DNA from: a virus
Virus record (IMG/VR): IMGVR_UViG_3300030328_002692
Span: 27,134-91,133 of that record
Length of the DNA: 64,000 bases
Strand: one strand, 5' to 3'
Shown here: positions 50,781-59,011 of the stretch, piece by piece
Position numbering within the stretch: the first letter of the stretch is position 1
Layout of the letters: each line of letters opens with the position of its first letter
The notes under the pieces: generated by a model
Databases searched by the model: none
The model's input: the letters and a program-made list of their open reading frames with translations, nothing else
What the model was told of the DNA's origin: nothing
Position numbers and translations under genes: made by a program

Positions 50781-51138
50781 GTTTTTCTCTCTGTATCTCT
50801 ACCCATCTTTTTTGTTTTAATGCTGTTGCCAATTTTGGTCTCTTACCGTAAATGCTATGCAGTCTTATGTGATGAGTTTTACATAGGGTAGCTGCTTCAT
50901 CGTATACTTCGACGAGATGCTCTTTAATGAACTGTTCTCGTATATTCATGATTTCATCGGCTGAGGTAATCGTAATTTTGTTATCCTTTAGCCATTTGTA
51001 TAGTAGCTCAGTCATTCCGTAGAAGTGGTGAAAGTCTAAATTTTCTGTTTCTCCACAGATAAAGCATTCCGTTCCTTTATTATATCCTGATTTCGCTTTA
51101 TCCCTAACGTACTTGACTAAATCTCTTTTTAAATCCAT
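50767..51138 (-). CDS. HNH-type nicking endonuclease (T5 sciA-like)
   Basis: RD..KS.Y.K...CFICG..E.LDFHH and TLCKTHH..LH..YG motifs. Lies between terL and portal, as in T5. Confidence 0.82.
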   Translation of the reverse strand: MDLKRDLVKYVRDKAKSGYNKGTECFICGETENLDFHHFYGMTELLYKWLKDNKITITSADEIMNIREQFIKEHLVEVYDEAATLCKTHHIRLHSIYGKRPKLATALKQKRWVEIQREKHGMV

Positions 51139-51156
51139 AAATTCCTATTAGTTAAA

Positions 51157-51185
51157 ATTATACCAAAAATTCACCTTCTTGTCAA
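51157..51185 (-). promoter_or_regulatory. Consensus sigma70 promoter for the head-tail operon
   Basis: Minus strand: TTGACA, 17-nt spacer (ending TGG), TATAAT. Confidence 0.88.
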
Positions 51186-51209
51186 CATTTATTTTTTGGT
51201 AGGTCATTG

Positions 51210-52511
51210 TTAAAAAGTATGGGCTGATGTCTCAAAGGTGTACAGCGCATAACGTAAAGCATCTGACATATGAGATGCCATATTATGTTTAGGTTTTTCT
51301 CTGAGTAAATTAGGATTAGGGTCCCATTGGTACTGGTCAACTGCCGACAATGTTTGTTGACATTTTTGGTCTATTATGAGAATGTCATTATCAATAATTC
51401 CTGCTGCATGTCCAATTCCATCTAGAACTGATTTTTTCGCATTGATAGTAGTAATATCATAATTTTGTGCTAGGTCGAATCTGGTTTGTTGAGCTGCGGA
51501 ATCAATATAGATGTAGTCTATGACATATTTATCTATCATTTTGCGTATTTCTATAGCATGCTGTTCAGTAGTTCTTTCAGCGTCCATGTATTCATCTATT
51601 AGATAATATTTTTGTTCGTCCCAATCATATGCTATAACACATAAAGCTGTTGGGTCTTTGTATCCTACGTCTAATCCCGCAAATACATCCATATTGCTAG
51701 TATCTAACTGACTTAAATCGGCAACACATTCTTCAAAATTAAAACTCCAAACCTGTCCTTCATAAGTATTAAAATCAGCAAGATATTCCTGAGCAAACTC
51801 TGCCTGAGACATTGCTTTTTTAGCTTCTCTTATATCTTCATCACTAAATCTAGGATTTTCATGATAAGTTGCTTTTATTGATGCCCAATCGTGAAATTCA
51901 TCACTAAAACCTCTGTGATAAAAGTCTGCAAACCAATTATTTCTTCCCCTTGGCGTTGAAATAAATACAGCTTTACTGTTTTCTTTATCTAGGGTAGGTC
52001 TGAGTGCGACATTAAAAGCGTCTTTGCCGTCTGCTAAAGCTGCCTCATCAAAGATGATTAAATCATAAGACCTACCAACAGTAGAGTCTACCTGATTTAC
52101 TGAACCCATTCTAATAGTGGAACCATTAGAGAGTTCTATAACTTTATCCTTTGCGTTATCTCTTACCACCTCCAAGTCAAAGTGCTTAATAAGCTGTCTT
52201 TGTAAATCAAAAGAGATTTGGGATAAAGAATAGTTCGGTGACATAATTAATATATGAGAGCCAGGCACGAGTGACACAAGCTGTCCAATTACATTTGTGA
52301 TATAAGTTTTGCCCTGTCGCCTAGAAATGGCGGCACACACGAATCTATATTTTGGGTTGTTGACTGCGTTTATAAGTGCAGTCTGTGAAGTATTAGGTGT
52401 GATACCTAATAAGTTCATATATTCTGATATTGGTAACTTGATAAACCTTTCGGTTGCATCAAAGTTCATCAACTCAGAACTTTCTATATCTGTTCTACTA
52501 ACATCTAACAT
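51210..52511 (-). CDS. terL: Terminase large subunit
   Basis: Walker A SRRQGKT, Walker B IIFDEAA, ISTPRG, nuclease GLDVG and H..DALRYA motifs. Confidence 0.95.
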   Translation of the reverse strand: MLDVSRTDIESSELMNFDATERFIKLPISEYMNLLGITPNTSQTALINAVNNPKYRFVCAAISRRQGKTYITNVIGQLVSLVPGSHILIMSPNYSLSQISFDLQRQLIKHFDLEVVRDNAKDKVIELSNGSTIRMGSVNQVDSTVGRSYDLIIFDEAALADGKDAFNVALRPTLDKENSKAVFISTPRGRNNWFADFYHRGFSDEFHDWASIKATYHENPRFSDEDIREAKKAMSQAEFAQEYLADFNTYEGQVWSFNFEECVADLSQLDTSNMDVFAGLDVGYKDPTALCVIAYDWDEQKYYLIDEYMDAERTTEQHAIEIRKMIDKYVIDYIYIDSAAQQTRFDLAQNYDITTINAKKSVLDGIGHAAGIIDNDILIIDQKCQQTLSAVDQYQWDPNPNLLREKPKHNMASHMSDALRYALYTFETSAHTF

Positions 52512-52512
52512 T

Positions 52513-52743
52513 TTAGTGTATTGTTGTTTTTTGTTTAATAAGTTCTGTTAGTCCTGTAATGCTGTCGTCTTCAAATAAATTATTTTTATCGCAAACATTT
52601 AATAGGTATAAGTAGCCTAGACATAAATTTGTCATGGTTTGGTCTGCATGGGATAATCCACCCCTAGTTTCTGCCTTCTTATGCAGAACACTTAGGGTGA
52701 CTGTGCAAGTCTCCGCTACATCATCTAACCAGTTATCGTTCAT
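52513..52743 (-). CDS. Hypothetical protein
   Basis: 76-aa ORF coupled to both neighbours. Confidence 0.6.
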   Translation of the reverse strand: MNDNWLDDVAETCTVTLSVLHKKAETRGGLSHADQTMTNLCLGYLYLLNVCDKNNLFEDDSITGLTELIKQKTTIH

Positions 52744-52997
52744 TATGGTGTTACTACGCCTACGCCTTTTACTTCAGCATGAGCTGCGAAAACTTTTTCT
52801 TCCCTTTTCTTTCTAAGGAAAGATACTTCCCCAGCGACAAGAGTAAAAGTTGCGACAGTGTTACCACTTGAATCTGTTACAGTTACTAATCTGTTTGTTG
52901 AACCACTATTTACTAGTCTAACATCATCTGCATCTCCAAATGTACTGGCTGCACCTGATGAAGTACCGCATGCGGCTTCTGATCCGAGTAATCTCAT
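52743..52997 (-). CDS. Small beta-rich protein, probably virion-associated
   Basis: AAGGAG SD. GSEAAC...AST...VRLVN...FTL pattern, recalled from marine phage small structural proteins. Confidence 0.6.
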   Translation of the reverse strand: MRLLGSEAACGTSSGAASTFGDADDVRLVNSGSTNRLVTVTDSSGNTVATFTLVAGEVSFLRKKREEKVFAAHAEVKGVGVVTP

Positions 52998-53138
52998 TTA
53001 CTTCTCCTTTTTATTTTTCTCTGCTTTTCGTTTAGCTTTTATCATAGCATCATCTATATCAACGTCTCCGTCCATATCCGCATCTTTGCCATTGATTATG
53101 TTCCAAACTTTTAAAGCTACTTCTTTAATTTTTTCCAT
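52998..53138 (-). CDS. 46-aa peptide with DxDxDG (EF-hand-like) loop (not in ORF track)
   Basis: Translated by hand: MEKIKEVALKVWNIINGKDADMDGDVDIDDAMIKAKRKAEKNKKEK. AAGGA SD. Confidence 0.65.
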   Translation of the reverse strand: MEKIKEVALKVWNIINGKDADMDGDVDIDDAMIKAKRKAEKNKKEK

Positions 53139-53223
53139 ATTCTTTCCTTTTGGTGATTGGGCGTACGCTTTGGTTTTATCCTGGTACGCCCACTATTATT
53201 TAACTTGTCTAGAATATGTCTGA

Positions 53224-53310
53224 CTATTTTTTCTTTTTTGTTCTTTTTCTACCCTTTTTCTTTTTAGGCCGACCCTTTTTAGAGCCGTAAGAACCTTTAC
53301 CCCAAGGCAT
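53224..53310 (-). CDS. 28-aa very basic peptide with AT-hook-like KGRPK (not in ORF track)
   Basis: Translated by hand: MPWGKGSYGSKKGRPKKKKGRKRTKKKK. Its start overlaps the upstream stop (TAATG). Confidence 0.65.
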   Translation of the reverse strand: MPWGKGSYGSKKGRPKKKKGRKRTKKKK

Positions 53311-53477
53311 TATTCGCCTGGTTGATTCTTTGCCTTACCAATATTAAGAGCTAGCATGTCGATAAACTTATAAAGCTTACCCATCCATACATCATCTTTT
53401 GGTGTCGGTGTAGAAGCTGCAATTAAACTTGCCACCGTAACTATCATAGTTACATATCCTACTAATTCCATTAACAT
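53310..53477 (-). CDS. 55-aa holin-like membrane peptide (not in ORF track)
   Basis: Translated by hand: MLMELVGYVTMIVTVASLIAASTPTPKDDVWMGKLYKFIDMLALNIGKAKNQPGE. GGAG SD, an N-terminal TM helix, and near the spanins. Confidence 0.6.
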   Translation of the reverse strand: MLMELVGYVTMIVTVASLIAASTPTPKDDVWMGKLYKFIDMLALNIGKAKNQPGE

Positions 53478-53478
53478 A

Positions 53479-53625
53479 TTATTTCTCCCATTTTCCGAGA
53501 GGACATTTAGTCCTTCTCAACTTTGCCTTTAAAGGTATAAAACATTTGCATTTTTTACAAACCTTTAAAGAGGTGTAGTGCTCACAAGTACTACATATAA
53601 TAAGCCTAGTCTTGTGCTGGCTCAT
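53479..53625 (-). CDS. 48-aa Cys-rich metal-binding protein (not in ORF track)
   Basis: Translated by hand: MSQHKTRLIICSTCEHYTSLKVCKKCKCFIPLKAKLRRTKCPLGKWEK. Pattern CxxC..CxxCxC..CP..KW, DUF6171-like. Confidence 0.7.
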   Translation of the reverse strand: MSQHKTRLIICSTCEHYTSLKVCKKCKCFIPLKAKLRRTKCPLGKWEK

Positions 53626-53998
53626 TCTTGACTGTAGTAACTTCTCTATAGTACACTACAACATCTTTTAGTTCAGTGATATATCTTTTTAACTCTTGCA
53701 TATTGTATGCCATCATTTCGTAATCTGGTATGCTTAATGCTAAAAAGACTAATTCGCCTTCCTGTTCTTCTATGATTTTTAACTGCTCTTCCCAATTGTC
53801 AGGAGTTACAGTTAACCATTTCACATCTTTTAGGTCAATTTCTCTAGGCATAACAGGTTGGATAATATTTCTATCCATCGGTTTTGCTGTGACCTCTATC
53901 TGTTTAGTTGGAATTAGGCTGCAACTGCAAACCATCATCGAGATTATCAACGGTATCGCTAAGCTTTTCGATGTCTTCCATAATGTGTTTTGTTCCAT
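53606..53998 (-). CDS. o-spanin (Rz1-like lipoprotein)
   Basis: Hydrophobic stretch followed by a lipobox-like VCSC and a Pro-rich segment. Overlaps the 3' end of the i-spanin. Confidence 0.75.
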   Translation of the reverse strand: MEQNTLWKTSKSLAIPLIISMMVCSCSLIPTKQIEVTAKPMDRNIIQPVMPREIDLKDVKWLTVTPDNWEEQLKIIEEQEGELVFLALSIPDYEMMAYNMQELKRYITELKDVVVYYREVTTVKNEPAQD

Positions 53999-54299
53999 TG
54001 TTTATTTTCCTTTGCATTTCTACAGGGTCAGATAGAATTTTTGCAGTTAATTCATAATTTTGAATAAATTGTGTATATCTGTTCAACTCTCTCTGTGCTG
54101 CTTGACTTTTCTTAGTCATATTTTGAAGTTGTTCTGTCTGTAGAGTAAAATCTGCTTCTAGTGCAGCGATTGCTTCTTCTTGGGTAGCAATTGCTCCCTC
54201 TAACTGTAAGTTATTCGCTGTTAATGTTTGATTTTGTTGGTATAAGTAGTAACTTCCAAGTGAAAGTACTAAAATTATGCCTATAAATAATTGATTCAT
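53904..54299 (-). CDS. i-spanin (Rz-like)
   Basis: N-terminal TM anchor followed by a long coiled coil. Confidence 0.78.
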   Translation of the reverse strand: MNQLFIGIILVLSLGSYYLYQQNQTLTANNLQLEGAIATQEEAIAALEADFTLQTEQLQNMTKKSQAAQRELNRYTQFIQNYELTAKILSDPVEMQRKINNGTKHIMEDIEKLSDTVDNLDDGLQLQPNSN

Positions 54300-54300
54300 A

Positions 54301-54462
54301 TTAAAATATCCATATTAATAGTATTGCTATTACGAACCCTTTAGTAAAAGCAACCCATAACATTTTATAATGGCTCCATCCTAATAAATCTTGCCATTTT
54401 TCGACTAGGTCTTCGTGCCAGACAATAAAGTCCAGCCATTTATCTTTTAGAAATTCTTTCAT
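54301..54462 (-). CDS. 53-aa membrane peptide (not in ORF track)
   Basis: Translated by hand: MKEFLKDKWLDFIVWHEDLVEKWQDLLGWSHYKMLWVAFTKGFVIAILLIWIF. ATGA overlap with the upstream gene. Confidence 0.6.
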   Translation of the reverse strand: MKEFLKDKWLDFIVWHEDLVEKWQDLLGWSHYKMLWVAFTKGFVIAILLIWIF

Positions 54463-54707
54463 AGTGCTTGTATCCTGTAATTGAGCCCTTCAGCTCCTCT
54501 AATTTCTACTATATCACCCTCTTGGGTTTTAAATTTTAGAAAATTAGGTTGTTTTTTGTAAAACTTACTAACTATAAAAGTCTGGTCGTCTGCGTCGCCC
54601 CAGGTTTGATTATAACTTACTTTTAATTCGTGATAAGTAACAAACCAACTTTTAAGCCAGTACCAAAATTGAGTTAATTTCTCTAATAACTTCTTAAGAG
54701 TTTCCAC
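54459..54707 (-). CDS. Hypothetical protein
   Basis: 82-aa ORF with an amphipathic N-terminus. Overlaps its neighbours. Confidence 0.6.
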   Translation of the reverse strand: METLKKLLEKLTQFWYWLKSWFVTYHELKVSYNQTWGDADDQTFIVSKFYKKQPNFLKFKTQEGDIVEIRGAEGLNYRIQAL

Positions 54708-54882
54708 TGACTTTCTCTAGCCCTACTTCCGCTAGCTCCTTAGTCATGTATCCGCACTCTCCGCCTTTCCAAGCAAAGAACCACATACCATCTCTTTCGA
54801 AAATTTCTCCGTCATTAGTAGGTGCTTTCATAGTACTCTTTTTAGGTGCTTTCATATCTTTTTTTGAATAGTCATCCATCAT
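54694..54882 (-). CDS. Hypothetical protein
   Basis: 62-aa ORF with a GGAGG SD. Overlaps the iscU stop. Confidence 0.6.
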   Translation of the reverse strand: MMDDYSKKDMKAPKKSTMKAPTNDGEIFERDGMWFFAWKGGECGYMTKELAEVGLEKVSGNS

Positions 54883-55304
54883 ATCGGGCCTCCATTGTGT
54901 TGCCTTTTTGCCTTTTTAGACTCCCAGTGTTCTATTGCTTTCTTTATGCCTGATTCAGCTAATACTGAGCAATGCAATTTGATGGGAGGTAATTCTAGAA
55001 CATCTGCTATGTCCTTATCTTTAATTTCTTTTGCTTCTTCTATTGTTCTTCCTTTTAACATTTCTACAAACATTGTAGAAGAAGCGATTGCTGAACCACA
55101 ACCATAAGTTTTAAACTTAACATCTAGTATTCTATCGTTATCGTCTAACTTTAAGTCTAGTTTCATTACGTCGCCACAAGATGGTGCTCCTACCATTCCT
55201 GTTGCTACATTTGGGTCTGAGGGGTCAAATCTACCCACTGAGTGTGCGGCAGGGTTGTCTAAGACGCTTTCGAATCTTTCAACAACCTTGCGCGAGTATG
55301 CCAT
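54879..55304 (-). CDS. iscU: Fe-S cluster scaffold protein IscU
   Basis: GAPSCGDVM, FKTYGCGSAIASS and LPPIKLHCS: all three Cys ligands plus an HscA-binding LPP[VI]K motif. Confidence 0.95.
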   Translation of the reverse strand: MAYSRKVVERFESVLDNPAAHSVGRFDPSDPNVATGMVGAPSCGDVMKLDLKLDDNDRILDVKFKTYGCGSAIASSTMFVEMLKGRTIEEAKEIKDKDIADVLELPPIKLHCSVLAESGIKKAIEHWESKKAKRQHNGGPI

Positions 55305-55913
55305 CTAGAAATGGAAATATAATCCTAACGAAGCGTTGTCCATGAATTGGTCTTGTCTTGCATCGTCTAACATGTAGAAACGTGCTTCCAAGTTATCGCC
55401 GAGTTTTTTACTCATACCGAGAGCCCAAAAATCATTGTCCTCATCAAACATTCCGTAATCAACCCAAACGTCCATAAACTTGACGAAAGGTAATCTTAAC
55501 TGCAATTCCATAAAATCTTTATCTGAATCTTCTGTATCTACATAGTAGGAAAATGAGACATTTTTTAAATGTACTTTTGCAAACATTTCTTCGACATCAT
55601 CGTAGCCTTTATCCCAGTTGTATTGGATAACACCCACATCTACTGAAAACTTGTCAGATACCATAAGTTCGTATCCTAAGAACAAGTCCATTTCATATGT
55701 AGCTTCGTCTCCAAAATCAACTTCTGAAGCCCAAACACCACCATATAGGCCACCGTTACTAACCTTTAGCTCACCTTGCATAGCTGCATTACCTGAAGAT
55801 TGGCTTACACCTCTCCACATATAATCTGAACTATACCCTAAATAACCATCAACACCTGCAAATGCGGGTAAAGTTACTAATGTGAGTAATAATGCTAATA
55901 TTTTATTTTTCAT
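55305..55913 (-). CDS. Outer-membrane beta-barrel (TIGR02001/TorF-like putative porin)
   Basis: Signal peptide (AFA), SDYMWRGVSQS...A.QG, G.Y.GVWAS.VDF and E.D...GY motifs, and a C-terminal Phe. Confidence 0.85.
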   Translation of the reverse strand: MKNKILALLLTLVTLPAFAGVDGYLGYSSDYMWRGVSQSSGNAAMQGELKVSNGGLYGGVWASEVDFGDEATYEMDLFLGYELMVSDKFSVDVGVIQYNWDKGYDDVEEMFAKVHLKNVSFSYYVDTEDSDKDFMELQLRLPFVKFMDVWVDYGMFDEDNDFWALGMSKKLGDNLEARFYMLDDARQDQFMDNASLGLYFHF

Positions 55914-55926
55914 ATGTCGTTCCTTT

Positions 55927-56151
55927 TTAACTGTGCATCATAAAGATGCTAATAACTACACTAGCGCCACCCACAATAATAGTACCACAAGCTGCAATAG
56001 CTATGGACTCTAAACGACTAATACCATTGTCTAGACTGTCGAGCCTGCTAAAACAAGTTCTCCATCGTTCGTCACACATTACTTCGTGTTTTGACATTCT
56101 TTTATCTAGTTCCATAATATCTTCGTGATCTTTTGTAGATTGCTGATTCAT
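55927..56151 (-). CDS. Small protein with coiled coil and C-terminal TM helix (holin/XhlA-like)
   Basis: HE..C.ERW...RL..LE followed by a hydrophobic C-terminus. Confidence 0.55.
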   Translation of the reverse strand: MNQQSTKDHEDIMELDKRMSKHEVMCDERWRTCFSRLDSLDNGISRLESIAIAACGTIIVGGASVVISIFMMHS

Positions 56152-56194
56152 GTAAGTTATCTCAGTTCTTTGAATTAAAATTCTATTAAATACA

Positions 56195-56223
56195 ATTATA
56201 TCAAAATCTCAACATCATGTCAA
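56195..56223 (-). promoter_or_regulatory. Consensus sigma70 promoter for the porin-iscU-lysis-terL block
   Basis: Minus strand: TTGACA, 17-nt spacer (ending TGA), TATAAT, with AAAAATA upstream. Confidence 0.88.
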
Positions 56224-56226
56224 GAA

Positions 56227-58008
56227 TTATTTTTGTATGGTGTATATTTTGACTGGTTCGGATTTGCCTTTTACCGTTACCTCATCTAAAAACTCGTAAT
56301 CAAAACCGTCTACCAAACTATATTCTGATATGATTAAGTCGGTGTCATAGGTCTTGCATGAGCTTTCTAACCTTGCTGCCAGATTGACAGCATCGCCAAG
56401 AACACTATAATCGAAACGGCTGCTGGAGCCAAAATTGCCCACCACACACGGGCCAGTATTGATTCCAGCTCCTGTATTAATTTGGTCAAGGCCTTCCTCT
56501 GCAAGTTGTTCATTTAACTCTCCTAATGCTGTACGCATTTCGAGTACGCATTCTGTAGCTTTCCTTTCTTGTTCTTCAACATCAAGAGGTGCATTCCAGA
56601 AAGCCATGATGCAGTCCCCCATGTACTTATCGATTGTACCACCGTGCCTAAGAATTATCTCGGTCTGGTTGTCTAAAAATCGATTAATAAGAAGTGTAAG
56701 TCCTTGCGGATTCTTTTGGTATTTTTCAGAAATTGGTGTAAATCCCCGAATGTCAGAAAATAGAAAAGTTAGTCGTTTTGTCTCCCCACCCAATCTAAGT
56801 AATGATGGGTCTTTTTGTAATTTTTTAACTAAGTCTGGGCTTACGTAGGTGCCAAATTGTTTTTTAATTTCCATTCTCATGAAATACTGCTGGATAAAAT
56901 TCCTGAAAGTTACGATAGAAAAGAAAAGAAATCCGACAACCATAGTGCCGGAAACGTCAAGTAAGTAGGAAGATTGGTACGCATACCAGCTACCATACAT
57001 AAGTCCGCCCATGCTAGTTAAAAATATTGGCGCCGAAAGGTAGACATTAGAAGCCGCTATTAGTAGTATGACTATTAATAGTAGTGCGGCTCCTAACTCT
57101 GCCAAGTCCGCCCACGCGGGTTGAACAGGGCTAGTTCCGTTTATTAAATGGTGTAAAACATTTGCCTGTACCTCATGTGGGTAAACAGCGCCATTAGCAG
57201 TAGGAACTGGATTAACAACTCCTTCTGCTGTAACCCCTGCTATTACAAAGGAGGCGCCTTCCATAGGCTCTCGGAGATACTCCGCTGCAGACTGCCTGTG
57301 AAACTTTATATTTGATGTTATCCAAACTCTTGAACGAGAGTCTGTTTTTATAAGTGGAAAATTGGGAATTCTTAGCCACTCAATACCTGTGTCTTTTGTG
57401 TTTATTTGATAACTAGGGTCGCCTACACCTACCCTTAACATTTCTAACGCAAAAGAAGGAAATAATTTACCGCCCGAACTAACGACGAGAGGAAGACGCC
57501 TTACGACGCCGTCTATTTCTGGACTTGAGTTTATTAAGCCTACGCCTTCTGCGTTGTGCTGTTGTCGTAAAATTCCTGGATACTGATATAGCCATTGATG
57601 TGGATCACCTCCTAGTTGTGCAGTACCTACATGAGGTCCTACTTGCGTTGCTTGGTTAGAAGCAGTATATGCCAATACAGCAGGATAAATATCTAGTATA
57701 TCTTCTAAGTATTCATCTTCTACTGTGCCTCGAATATCAGGGTCTGGCATTAATACTGTAATACCAGCAGTTCCCTGCGTTCTTGAAATTAAATGTGAAT
57801 ATAAACTTCTTGGTAGAGGATAACCACCGTATGCCTCTACTATTTCTTCATCAAAGTCTACTAGTAATATCATATTGTCTTGCACAGGCTCGCTAGTCGA
57901 CATGAGCCAATCAAATGTTTTGAGTTCTAATATTTGTAAGGGTGTGGGATTCCAGACTAGAAAAGCCAGGAGTAGTGCCCCAATTAAGGGGTTATAGAGT
58001 TTCTTCAT
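56227..58008 (-). CDS. CHASE2-domain class III adenylate cyclase
   Basis: N-terminal TM, CHASE2 motifs (DEE....GGYPLPR, PEIDGVVRR.PL, PSFALE, EVQAN) and 3 TM helices. Cyclase motifs FSDIRGFT, GGTIDKYMGDCIMAFW, GINTG and DYSVLGDAVNLAARLE. Confidence 0.93.
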   Translation of the reverse strand: MKKLYNPLIGALLLAFLVWNPTPLQILELKTFDWLMSTSEPVQDNMILLVDFDEEIVEAYGGYPLPRSLYSHLISRTQGTAGITVLMPDPDIRGTVEDEYLEDILDIYPAVLAYTASNQATQVGPHVGTAQLGGDPHQWLYQYPGILRQQHNAEGVGLINSSPEIDGVVRRLPLVVSSGGKLFPSFALEMLRVGVGDPSYQINTKDTGIEWLRIPNFPLIKTDSRSRVWITSNIKFHRQSAAEYLREPMEGASFVIAGVTAEGVVNPVPTANGAVYPHEVQANVLHHLINGTSPVQPAWADLAELGAALLLIVILLIAASNVYLSAPIFLTSMGGLMYGSWYAYQSSYLLDVSGTMVVGFLFFSIVTFRNFIQQYFMRMEIKKQFGTYVSPDLVKKLQKDPSLLRLGGETKRLTFLFSDIRGFTPISEKYQKNPQGLTLLINRFLDNQTEIILRHGGTIDKYMGDCIMAFWNAPLDVEEQERKATECVLEMRTALGELNEQLAEEGLDQINTGAGINTGPCVVGNFGSSSRFDYSVLGDAVNLAARLESSCKTYDTDLIISEYSLVDGFDYEFLDEVTVKGKSEPVKIYTIQK

Positions 58009-58201
58009 GTTTTAAAATATATTCCTTCATATCAGTAAGCCAGTCTTTTAATCTCATAGCTTGTTTATAGTGAAAGTGTTTTTGTTCGGGTTCTTTTACG
58101 GCCATTTCCATATGAAAATCGTAACAATGCAAAGCCACAGCTATAGCGTCCTGATAAGGCATCCGCACTAAGCTTGTGAATGTTCGTTTTCCTTTTGTCA
58201 T
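57992..58201 (-). CDS. Small cytoplasmic hypothetical protein in the curli-cyclase operon
   Basis: 69-aa helical ORF overlapping the cyclase start. Confidence 0.6.
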   Translation of the reverse strand: MTKGKRTFTSLVRMPYQDAIAVALHCYDFHMEMAVKEPEQKHFHYKQAMRLKDWLTDMKEYILKHEETL

Positions 58202-58210
58202 TGTAATTTA

Positions 58211-59011
58211 TCATTCTTGTGTTATTGTTATGGTTTTTGTACAATTTGATGTACAGTTAAAAGTTGCAGTATATGACTGATTAGTTGCTCCTTTTTGAGT
58301 AACATTTAAATTATAATCATCTGTGTAAAATTTCATATTTGCTGTATGAGCTCCTGCTCCGTATTGTGTTAAGTTTACAGTCGTATTGTCTGCGTCGTTA
58401 TAAAAAAAGATATCGGCATCTTTGTTTCCAGAACCGTATTGGGTTACTGTGGCGGAGTTATTGTCCGCATTAGGGTAGTTATAAATGTAAGTATTATGTT
58501 CGCCAGTCCCATACTGATTAATAGTGAAATCAGAATCGTCACTGAAAGTGAATATTTTAGCGTACTTATCATTCCCTGTTTGAGTGATTGAATAAGCATT
58601 ATCGTCTCCTGAGCCTAATTGCTCTGCGTGGTTATCGTTTCCGGTTTGTGTTATAGTAGAAGTATTATCATCTTCGTCTTGGTCAAGCCATACAAAGTTA
58701 TCATCTCCTGTTACAGTAATAGTATAAACATTATCCATATTATTTGACCATACAGTATAAAGTCTAGTATTATTACTATTTCCTATAACTGTAGTATTTA
58801 ATGTAGCACTACCACAAGTATGTGAAACATAATTAGTACCTGGCATAGAGCCGCTAGAGCCTGCTCCACATAGTATATATCCTTCATTACCGTTACCAAC
58901 TTGTTTGGCTGTAATGCTAGTGCCAGTTCCTTTAGTAGTTATTGTGAGACTATTATCTCCTGCAAAACTAAGGGGACTGATTAATAATAATAATGTTATC
59001 ACCCGCACCAT
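58211..59011 (-). CDS. Secreted curlin-like beta-solenoid protein 2
   Basis: Signal peptide (SFA|GDN) and many N.A/S.I.Q.G..N repeats of about 22-25 aa. Paired Cys near both ends. Confidence 0.82.
   Translation of the reverse strand: MVRVITLLLLISPLSFAGDNSLTITTKGTGTSITAKQVGNGNEGYILCGAGSSGSMPGTNYVSHTCGSATLNTTVIGNSNNTRLYTVWSNNMDNVYTITVTGDDNFVWLDQDEDDNTSTITQTGNDNHAEQLGSGDDNAYSITQTGNDKYAKIFTFSDDSDFTINQYGTGEHNTYIYNYPNADNNSATVTQYGSGNKDADIFFYNDADNTTVNLTQYGAGAHTANMKFYTDDYNLNVTQKGATNQSYTATFNCTSNCTKTITITQE

Noticed and set aside
56227-58008. Pycsar/CBASS-type defence cyclase
   Set aside because: The architecture is CHASE2 plus TM helices plus a class III domain with ATP-specifying Lys/Asp, and no adjacent cNMP-binding TIR or TM effector is present.
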